Source of the DNA: Saccostrea cucullata
Taxonomy: Eukaryota
Assembly (NCBI RefSeq): GCF_032062105.1
Contig: NW_026928915.1
Span: forward strand, 62,001-126,000
Direction of reading: 5' to 3'
Length of the DNA: 64,000 bases
Both the position numbers and the translations under genes were made by a program. The notes under the pieces are model-generated. The model was not told the origin of the DNA. It ran no database searches and saw only the letters and a list, made by a program, of their open reading frames with translations. Below are positions 11,801 through 21,768 of this stretch, in pieces; positions within the stretch are counted from its first letter, which is position 1, and each line of letters starts with the position of its first letter.

Positions 11801-14800
11801 AGTTGTATACTCAGTTGTTGAGTTGTAGTTGTGAATATTTATTTTATATCAGTTCAGTGTACAGTAGTGTTCAGTTGGTGTAAGTATTTGTTGTGAAGTG
11901 ACAGAAGTTGTTAGTAGAAATGTCTGATCAAGATAAACAAAAGGGTAGTGAGGATGTGTCCTCAGCAGAGGAAAAGAAACTTGATTTTGCTGGTGTTGCA
12001 ACCAGTACCCCCAAAACCACAAAAGATGGTAAAGATGGTAAAACCACAAAAGATGGTAACCCTTCAAAAACCACAAAAGATGGTAAAACCACAAAAGATG
12101 GTGACCCTATTAAAACATCAAAAGTCAGTGACCCTATAAAATCAGAGGTATCTGTACCTTCAGAACAGAGTGCAAAACCAAAGGTATCTGTACCTGATTA
12201 CAATGCACCGGCTTTGCATCAGGGACAGAAACACAATCCCTTTGCAAAGTTGGCATGTAATTTTGGTGACACTAGTAATAGCAGTAGCAAACTTCAAAAT
12301 ACCTTTTATGACAAGGATGGTAATAGCATTAATCAGGTGTATGAATTTAATACAAACATCCCAAGAATCCCACAATTCTCAGGGGATGACCCTCCTCAAA
12401 AGGGGGATGTTTCGTACAAAGAATGGAGATTCGAGGTACAGTGCCTGATGCGTGACCCTGATGTTAAATCAAATATTCTGATACAAAGTATTAGACGGTC
12501 ATTAAGGGGTACAGCAAAAACAATGTTGATTCCGTTAGGTGAGAAAGCAGGCGTTAAGCAAATTTTAGATAAACTTGACATTTTGTTTGGTGAAATTTCC
12601 AACAATGGCATGATTATGCAAGAATTTTTCAATGCTTTTCAACTACCGGGTGAGTGTGTTACATCATTTGGTTGTAGATTGGAGACTATGCTACAAAATG
12701 CTATTGATAGTGGTTATCTTGATCGTGCATCTAAGAATGACTTGTTAAGACATAAGTTTTGGACTTCATTAAGTTCAGAGAAGCTTAAGGCTCAAACGAG
12801 ACATAAATATGATGACATCAAGAATTATGACAGGTTGTTGTTAGAGATTAGAAGGGTAGAAAAAGAAATCTTGATAAGTTCTAGCACTTCAGAGAAAAAG
12901 CCTGTTCATCAGCATGGAATGTCAGTATCTGAAGACTTAGAGGAGAAGTTAATGGAGAAGATGAGGAACATGGAGACAAAATTAGAAGGTAAGATAAATG
13001 ACAAGTTCAACCAGATACTAGAGAAATTGGATGGTAGAACCAGTAATGTATCAGGTGGAGCTAATGAAAACAGAGGTAGAGGTGGTTACTACAGAGGACG
13101 TGGAGTTTGGAGAGGCAACTCTAATCAGTATAGAGGTAATTCCAATGACAGAAGGTTGAATGCTGGTCGAGGTCAAGGTCAGAGACGAGGTCAAGGAGGA
13201 AGTACAGGTAATTATAACCCAAACGCCTAGAGGTCTCTGATGAAGGCCGACCGGGGACCAGGATTTCATGTGAAGGCCAGCAATTAAAATGCAAAATGAT
13301 TGGTGAGTCAAATGAGACTATTGTTTTTATGAATGATAATTCTTTTACAGGTCTTGTTGACAGTGGATCAATGGTAACAACATTGTCATTTTCAGGTTAC
13401 AATTCCATGAAAAATCAACCAGAGTTAAAGGATTTATCTAACTTAGGGTTAGAGGTGTCTGTCGCAGATGGTTCTCTATTGAAATACAAGGGATATATAG
13501 AGTGTACTGTAAAAATTCCATTTATGGATGTAGAGTTATTTGTCCCTGTTTTAATTGTACCAGACACTGATTTCAATAGAACATGTTCTGTGATCATTGG
13601 AACTAATGTGTTGAGAATTTGTAGAGATTTGTTGGGTGAAGATTCCAATGAAATGAAAATAGCTCCAAAGGAATGGAGAGTAGCATTAAAGAGTATGAAG
13701 GGTAAGTGTTACCATGTCAAATCAGTGTGTAAGAAACCTATTACGGTACAACCTAATGAATCTACTGTAGTTAAGGGTCGAGTTAAAGGTTTACCGGGTA
13801 ACAACATGACAATGGTTTCTGAAAACTGTGATAATATTGACAGGTTTACAGTTTGTCCAAGGGTAGTTAAGTTTTCTACACCTACTACAAAGTCTACAGT
13901 GCAAATCAAGATTTGTAATATATCTGCTAAACCCATTTCAATTAGGCATGGCACTGTACTTTGCAATCTCCAAGAGGTAAAGGTTGTAGATAATTTTCCT
14001 GCATTAAAACCCAAATCTGAGGTGTGTGACCCTATTGAACTTGGAGTTAAGGTTGACTCAAGTGTACTTACTGAAGATCAGTTCAATACTGTGAGAAATA
14101 TTCTAAAACAGTACAGTCACATATTTTCCACAGGTCCATTAGATCTTGGTAGAACTGATTTAGTCAAACATTCAATTGAATTAGAGGACACAAAACCGTT
14201 TAAACAACCGTATCGCAGAATTCCTCCGGGTATGTATGAGGAAGTCCGTCAACACGTGCGTGAGATGTTAGACGCCGGAGTCATTCGCGAATCTAATAGC
14301 AATTATTCCTCAAACGTGGTACTGTGTCGGAAAACGGACGGATCATTGCGGTTTTGTCTTGACATGAGAATGCTAAACTCAAAAACGCGCAAGGATTGCT
14401 ATATGCTTCCTCGGTTTGATGACGTCATAGATACCCTGTATGGAGCCAAGTTTTTCAGCAAACTCGACCTACGATCAGGCTATTGGCAGGTAGAAATTGA
14501 GGAGAAAGATCGGCACAAAACAGCATTTTCGGTAGGTAATCTAGGTTTCTATGAGTGCAACAGAATGAGCTTTGGATTAACAAATGCTCCTGCAACTTTC
14601 CAAAGATTGATGGAGAAGTGCATGGGAGATATGCATTTGAAAGAATGTTTAATCTTTTTGGATGATGTGCTCATATTTTCAAAAACATTCGAAGAACATT
14701 GTGTTAGACTTAAAAATGTGTTTACAAAATTAGCTCAACATGGATTAAAATTAAAGCCATCAAAATGTGAATTATTCAAAACTTCTGTTACTTATTTGGG

Positions 14801-17800
14801 ACATGTAATTTCAGAAAGTGGTATCCAAACAGACCCAGAGAAATTATCCGCTGTTCGTGATTGGCCGACACCTTCCAACATTAAACAACTCCGCCAATTC
14901 CTAGGATTTGTGGGATACTATAGGCGCTTCATATTTGTAGACCATTTGTAGACCATGTCGGTACTTGGGTTCATTTATTACCTCAAGACACAATCAAGTC
15001 AATGGTAGTTTGACCAATATATTTATTGATGGTAATAATATAAGAAAAACCAGGCACACTATATATGTTGTATCTAGGCCTCTATAATTCACTGGATATG
15101 GAACTGAATGAAAAGGTCGGCGACTTTTCTATATGTACCCGCCTTCTCGCCAATCCGCTCCCCGGGGATTTTCCAATGGATCCTCAGTCTTGTATACCTG
15201 GTTTTTCAATTAACGTGGGCGCCATTTGTAGACCATGTCGGTAATACTTGGGTTCATTATTACTTCAAGACACAATCAAGTCAATGGTAGTTTGACTAGT
15301 ATATTTATTGACGGTAATAATATAAGAAAAACCTGAAATAAAGTCATTTTAATTAATAAACATTTACAAATCCTTACTGACTTTACTTTTAAATTACAAA
15401 TATAATAAGATATAGATAAGTAATAAATATATTTACCAGGCACACTATATAAATCAGCTACTAATATTAAAGGTGACTATTCCCTTCAAGGGTGTAGCGC
15501 CGAGTGTGCGTGAATATTGTTATCCGCGGGAAAGTTAGTAAAAAGTTATTAATAGAAAGAAACTAGTCAAACCGGAAATGGTCAAATACGTCACACCTAA
15601 CAAACATAAACACTCACACGTGGACATTCACACATGACAACACAAACGTAAACACATAGAAATAATTAAAACATTGAAACTGAAACATTTAATTACTTAC
15701 ACTGGTTACATCAATATAGATTATACCAAATATTTTGGCTTAAATGGCCCTTCTAAGATCAAAAATTTACAAAATTATCTGATATTTTGATCCATACTTT
15801 AAATGACAGGTGAAAACAACTTGTCGATCAATGTGTTTCGATAATGACAAAGCACGATGTATATACATACGATGAAATCACCCTCTCACTTTTTAGCGTG
15901 TATTTCATTGGTTTAAAGTGCCAATAAGAAAGATTTCTGCAAGAACTATTCAATTGGAATTATCATTTATACTACTATTATAATACATTGTATCACCTTT
16001 AATTTTGGGAATGAATAGGTGTTATCTTATTCAGCTCGAACAGATGATATCACTTATTCAAATAGGTTATTTTAGTCATCATTTCACCAATTCAAATCAA
16101 ATAGATGATAACACTTATTCGAATAGGTGATACATGTATCATCAATTCAAATACAGGCACGTAGTATCCGGGGGGCCAGGGGGGCCTGCCCCCCCCCCCC
16201 ACTTTTTTCCCTAACATTACCTTTACTATAGAAAATGTCTATTGAAAAGATGGTTGGCCCCCCCACTTTTTACCACAGTATATACAAAGCAAGAAATATA
16301 GGAAAAAATTGGAAGTGAAAGGAAGTTCGACTTGAAAAAAGTTGGCCCCCCCCCCCCCCCCCCCCCCCCCCCACGAAATAGGATTTTCGAGTTTGGGTAA
16401 GTTTCAATTTTCCTTTTTTTTTTTTTTTTACTTGTCAACTTTTTTTAGGTAAAGAAAAAATTTTTTCTCAGGTTGGCCCCCCCACTTTCAAAAACGATGC
16501 TACGTGCCTGAAATAGATGTATCAACAATGCAAACGCTCAAAAGATGAAATCACCAATTTGAATATTTGATGCCAACAATGAAAAGGTGACATCTTCAAT
16601 CCGAATAGGTGATAACACTTAGCGCCAGTAAATAGCAAAACAGCCCCACATAGATATTAACTTTTACAGCAAGGAAGACAACACGATTTTAAAAAAACGT
16701 GGAATTTGATTTCATTTTTTTTTTTACGTTTTCACTCAAATGAGAGAAATCGGGCTTTGAAGGACCTTTACGAGGCACTCAAGGTTCAAATATTAGTAAC
16801 AATAAGGACTCTTCAAACCGTGCTGCCTTGATATGGGACCTTTGACAGAGTGCTTAGCGAAGGCACAGTTGCTCGCTATATTTAGCGAAAAACGAACGGT
16901 GTCAAAGGATTGTCTTTCTGGGATCGAATCGAAGATTGTTCGAACACGTAGCGAGTGCTGTATCAACTTTCTTGTAACCGTGCTGATTAATATCTACTGA
17001 CGAATAAAACAAGAAAATATACTTCATTGATTTATATTAAAACCAAATATCTACTCCCTCGTGCAATCCGAATATTCTAATCAAAAATTGAAATGAAACC
17101 CAAGTACCTTTCACCACACTTAAGATCATGTCTGCCATTTGCCGAGTAAGTCGAGCGTCTGGTCCCTGGTCGAACCACTTCTTCATCTGCGTCCCGGAAC
17201 GCAGTAGCTTTGGTACCGAGTCATGAGAGTGTCCAAGTTTTATGTAGTACTTTCCTGAAAGGAAATTTAAGTCCAAATGCTACATATACGAGTATTTTTT
17301 GTAAATAGACAACAAATTTGTGTTCTTTTTAAAATATTCAAGGTTTTACTAATACCATCAGGATAAAGAATTGGAGGAAGCATGTAGAAGACGACAGGTG
17401 CCCGGGGATCAACAGGATAATCCCGACTCCAGTCATCTCCACCTCGACCGAAATAGAGGACTGAAGGCATGGTGCTATAAAACATTAGACGGTATAAACA
17501 CGTGTAAAACGAAAAGAGCCCGGACAAAAAGTCGGAAGCACTCTCCATGCAATGTCATACCTTATTTTGTTAGCATCCTCTTTGCTGATTTCCAGTTTCG
17601 TGACCGCCAATGGATAAAGCTTTGTATCGGGAGAAACTTCATTTCCTAACAGATCTCTGAAGGCTGTAAACGCACCAGTGGCTACAAGGACTTTCTTAGC
17701 TAGAATTTTTGTCCCAGAGTCGGTCGTCACCTCCATCAGCATACCGGGATTTTCACTATCGGGGACTACACGAGTTATGCTTCGAACCTCCTCTTGTATG

Positions 17801-18913
17801 TGCAGACAACCGTTAGTCTTTGCAATCGTTATTTGGGCTTTTACGAGTCTTCTGGGACTGATGTATCCTGCCGAATGCTTCTCAAACACCACCTCGTCAT
17901 CTTTTGGAATTGACAGAAAAGGAAAGAGAGATCGAGCCTCTGTTCCGCTCAAGACACTTGCGCCTAAATTATCTTTCTCAACAACATATTTTACCGAGGT
18001 AATGTAATTTCCTCCTCGACTTCCAACTGAAAGACAACCAACTTCCTTGGCAATATCGATTCCTGTATAAGATAAAAAAAAAAAACTCCATAAGAACCTA
18101 CTTTTATGTCAAAGTAGACAATCGCAAAGCATAATAATTTGGCCGATAACATGGCCAAACTTTTGCATAGACATATTTTCAGGATTTTTTAAACAAGTTG
18201 ATAAATGACTAGTCAAAAAAGAGACTTGAAATTGGACATTTCTTTCTTACAAGTCGATATATATAATCTGTTGACAAGTAATGACAGATCTTATGCAACC
18301 ATATTATTTAACCTATGAGAAATGCATGTCTGCACTTTTTTTTTTATTAAAAGCTCTTCATGGGGCAATATAATCAGCATTTTTATTGTATTTATGTTCC
18401 ACTGACTCAAAATGTAAATGACTTTATCTGACATTAAGTTTACCGGATTCTCTCTCAATTTCGGCGTATCTAGGTATTGACTTTTGAGCTAGTCTGGCCC
18501 AGACAGGATCAGATGTTGACTGCATGTAAATTCTCCCCTCATCGTAATGTCCACCATATATGTCCCTTGGCGAATCTTCGGAGCGTTTCTGAGAAAGGAA
18601 ATGTGTTTTGTTTTCTTTTTATATTCTGAATTTTGTTTGTGTTCTTCTTGCTTCTTATAGTACATTTGTATTGTGCATTTTTAAAAATTGAATCAGCTGC
18701 GTGATGTTCCAGGCCAAAAGAATTTGAACTTGAATTTCATCTTCTTTATTTAATATAATAATATATGCTAAAAAGGTTCCATAATTGATACCTGCTTGTA
18801 CTCACCCTGTCAGGCTCATCCGGGCCAATCAAGCAGACATTGAGAAACTTAGACGCATGCTTGGCTGCGGCGGATCCAATCAAACCTGCGCCCACAACGC
18901 AAAGATCAAACAT
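5893..18913 (-). CDS. FAD-dependent oxidoreductase, sarcosine oxidase/DAO-like, 6 exons, 425 aa
   Basis: Exons 18913-18806, 18588-18444, 18062-17561, 17474-17356, 17254-17108, 6149-5893 with consistent phases. Rossmann motif DLCVVGAGLIGSAAA, plus GGHYDEGRI, AGYISPRRLV, VLVATGAF, LPPILYPDGKYYIKLGH and AGNGYAAKSSDEIG. Confidence 0.9.
7378..7585. mobile_element. MITE, TACTGTA...TACAGTA family (TA-flanked)
   Basis: Imperfect terminal inverted repeats; related copy in the opposite orientation at 46965-47176. Confidence 0.7.
8560..9043 (-). repeat. 3' LTR (484 bp)
   Basis: Direct repeat of 15227-15710; I spotted only one substitution by eye. Adjacent to the PPT. Confidence 0.95.
9044..9060 (-). 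promoter_or_regulatory. Polypurine tract of the Gypsy element
   Basis: Minus strand AATAAAAGGGGGGAATA lies immediately before the TGTAACC start of the 3' LTR. Confidence 0.85.
9628..10790 (-). CDS. Gypsy integrase, N-terminally truncated (rve core second half, GPY/F-type region, C-terminal tail)
   Basis: YGFPEKLHSDQGRNFES...RTTPYHPMGNGSAERFN, TGFSPHYLMFG, KLADKW and RRSTRIKKQPDRY. Homology stops at ~10790 with no HHCC motif or first catalytic Asp. Confidence 0.9.
11920..13230 (+). CDS. gag: Gypsy Gag (PNMA/MOAP-like capsid) with RGG-rich C-terminus
   Basis: PRIPQFSGDD...SYKEWRFEV, LRGTAK and LRHKFWTSL capsid motifs. N-terminal KTTKDG repeats. ATG at 11920. Confidence 0.88.
   Translation: MSDQDKQKGSEDVSSAEEKKLDFAGVATSTPKTTKDGKDGKTTKDGNPSKTTKDGKTTKDGDPIKTSKVSDPIKSEVSVPSEQSAKPKVSVPDYNAPALHQGQKHNPFAKLACNFGDTSNSSSKLQNTFYDKDGNSINQVYEFNTNIPRIPQFSGDDPPQKGDVSYKEWRFEVQCLMRDPDVKSNILIQSIRRSLRGTAKTMLIPLGEKAGVKQILDKLDILFGEISNNGMIMQEFFNAFQLPGECVTSFGCRLETMLQNAIDSGYLDRASKNDLLRHKFWTSLSSEKLKAQTRHKYDDIKNYDRLLLEIRRVEKEILISSSTSEKKPVHQHGMSVSEDLEEKLMEKMRNMETKLEGKINDKFNQILEKLDGRTSNVSGGANENRGRGGYYRGRGVWRGNSNQYRGNSNDRRLNAGRGQGQRRGQGGSTGNYNPNA
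13218..14933 (+). CDS. pol: Gypsy Pol fragment: aspartic protease and reverse transcriptase, truncated before RNase H
   Basis: LVDSGS protease; RT motifs DGSLRFCLDMR, KLDLRSGYWQ, MSFGLTNAPATFQ, IFLDDVLIFS and FLGFVGYYRRFI. The frame is open from 13218 and is -1 relative to gag. Confidence 0.93.
15212..15224 (-). promoter_or_regulatory. Primer binding site (tRNA-Lys-like)
   Basis: Minus strand TGGCGCCCACGTT begins 2 nt after the 5' LTR end and is close to the Lys PBS TGGCGCCCAACGT. Confidence 0.8.
15227..15710 (-). repeat. 5' LTR (484 bp)
   Basis: Near-identical to 8560-9043; followed on the minus strand by the PBS. Confidence 0.95.
16154..16510. mobile_element. G/C-run-rich MITE with 5-bp TSD
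   Basis: TIRs CAGGCACGTAG...CTACGTGCCTG, flanked on both sides by AAATA. A partial related end occurs near 1040-1123. Confidence 0.8.
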
Positions 18914-19924
18914 TCTCAAAGTGTCTTATCGTCTAACTTGGCAATAAAAGTAGAAACAAAGGTCAAAAACTGAGTAATGATCGCGGTCTTAAGATATGAA
19001 CCATTTCCATTGAGACCTACTTCCTGTCCGATGAGCAAGTATACCCACAGCAATTTGGATTAAAACAAGGTCGTGCTTTATCTCTGGGGAAATAAACACA
19101 TATGTATATTGAAACAATTAGAGAGTAAAGTATACATTGTATATTGTTTTATATCGTCATCGGGGATGGGAATTCATTCATGACTACTCCCACAATTAAA
19201 TGGATGAAGGTGATAAACGCAGAGCTTGTTTTGATAATTGTATTTATTTTAATGAACTTATTAATTTTTGGTTATCATCCACAAAATATAATTTTTGTTA
19301 TTGTTCCTCAGAATAATATGTCTTCTTTAGTCTTCATTAAAAGGGTCTTTGTAACCATTTGCAAGTAGACACAGAAAACGTGCTTTATGTTCCAAAATGT
19401 ACATTAGCAAAATGCCACTGAAATCTGTTGCATTAGACGGAGTATACATCTTAAAAAAATAAAATATCAGTAAAACATTCTTAATATGCAAATCTCCTCC
19501 AAACAAACATAAATTGGAAAGAGTGCATAACTATCTGTCAAAACTGTCTTAAAAATCCAGATAAAAAGATATCTGTAATGATTTTTAGTTAAATTTTTTT
19601 CTGCGCGCATTAAAGATCATTTCTGAAGTATTTTGCGCATGTAATCAATGTTTGATTAAAATAAATGATACATGTATACCCGTGTATCTTAAATTCTGAA
19701 TTATTGCGTGCATGTATTCAAATGGTTGATTCAAATAAATTATTAAAAGGAGCATTAATTGAATTATTGCTTTCTTCATTTGAATTGAGGGTAATTCAAT
19801 TAATGTACGTAATGCGATATAATTGAATTATCTATTGTTCTGTTTAAAATAATACCGGTAATAATAAAACATATGCGTGAATTATTTTTCACTGATAAAA
19901 TCGTTTTAAAATATACACATTTAT

Positions 19925-20300
19925 ATGGAGATAACGAACAGCATTCGAGCTCAAAAGCCCATTAAACAACATAAAACAGGAGTGGAGCAATCATGGACCT
20001 CCAAAAGATCAGAGGTAGGATCAGATGCATAGAGGAATGAACATCCCCGCCGACTGGCCACACCCACCGTGTGCTGCTTGTCATGATCGAGAAATAACGA
20101 AACAAATACGTAGACAACTCAGTGTGTAAATAATGGCCTTACAATTAGTATGAAAAAATCAGTCAGCATTTGACTTAATGATAAATTCTATTTGTTGACA
20201 AGGTCATTATATTGAACATAGAACTTACAAAAAGATGACCTAAAACGAGACTGCTGATATTCTTTGCTTCATCAACTTCTTTGTCAATAACTCAAACAAT
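19925..20300 (-). mobile_element. Penelope-like retroelement 3' fragment
   Basis: Reverse-complement relative of 62400-62620 and 21125-21195 (cacggcgggtgtg...gatgcttactcctcctaggcacctgatc...). Confidence 0.5.
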
Positions 20301-21768
20301 GCCTCATTAAATCAGTTGTTGCTCTCCATATTTGATATGATGCTTGCAACAAATTCATTCTTGCTCTCATAAATTAAAATTGATTAGAGCAATGTTAATT
20401 TGGTATATACATCAATAAATAAATTAAGTTAATTTGTCACTCCATTACTTAATTACACCTTTCCATACACATGCAGAAAAACTTTGTTCTGCTGCGGTCG
20501 GAGTTGCATGTCTTAAACGTAAAATAATTCAGTTGAAAACAATATCAATATCGCGATGATTGAAAAATCTCGTAAACAATACGATATACATGTATATGGT
20601 GACGCTTTGCCAGTTTCATTGATTTTCGCAAAACAAAAACTCTCGTTAAATGTACATAAAAATATCAAGGTAAAATTAGAAAGGAACAGATCTCGTGACC
20701 CAGCTTTTGTGACCCATGTAAAATAATTAAAATAAAGGTTCCTCAATTAAGCCCCATGCACCTCATACAGGTGAGAATTATTATTCGCCATTTGCGATAA
20801 TTAATTGTTCTGGTCTCGTTAAACCGTCTTTTTTATCGTTCCCTGATGACAAAATGGTCCGTTATACGGCTAGAGTGATTAGCATTGTCAAAATCAGATA
20901 AGTTGTCATCTGCCTCGGACATTACCTCTTGTTAAGTCGAAAAAGGTCGCGGTTACGAGATTTATGTTTATTAGAGAGGAAAATCCGTAACATTCAGAAT
21001 ATTTCCGTGTATAATGTTAATTGACATCTTTTATCAAGATGTTTCGATGAAACACCTAATTACAATAATTAATATAACGGTGAAGTGAATGTTCCTCTGC
21101 TTGATCAGTAAGTACTAGGGCTCACCGATCAACAGGGGATGCTTACTCCTCCTAGGCACCTGACCCAAACTCTGGTTTTTCTAGGATCCCGTATTTTATG
21201 GCCTCTTCACAAATTTGTATCGATTATAGATTTTTCATCGGTCTCTGTTTTTTATATTCACCTTTTTCATCTTTATGAAACAATTTACATATACGTTCTG
21301 TTACTATGTATTATTATTTACATTTTGAAAACAATATACTTCGAAATCATTCGTTCCTCTTTATACCCAGGATGATTTGAAATATGGAATACGATTGGCA
21401 TCTAGATTATTACCCTTTTATAAAATTCCAAAGGTTTGCATAAAACTCCTTAAGATTAGTTATTGCCGACTAACTTTATGTTAATATAAGTTAAAGAAAA
21501 TCATATGGTTTATTTTAAGCTTCATACCTATTTAATGTAGGTTCTTCCTTTTCATTATTAGAACTTTTAAATTAATTAGAAATCAACACAGGTACGATGG
21601 TTTAAATAAAGAGAAGTCTATGTATGGGACAATAAACAATCACTGACAGGCGAAGGAAAAACCTCATCAAAGAAATAGCGTCATTACATTTTGACAGACG
21701 GATACGTTTTTTCCATTTTCAAAAACGGATCTCACATTTATTCTTTCTTTGCCACCTAAGCAGACGAC

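Larger units (their letters stand above)
8560..15710 (-). mobile_element. Ty3/Gypsy LTR retrotransposon, recent insertion, internally rearranged
   Basis: Two 484-bp LTRs with TG...CA ends on the minus strand. TSD TCAA at 8556-8559 and 15711-15714. PBS and PPT present, with gag, protease, RT and partial integrase inside. Confidence 0.95.
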
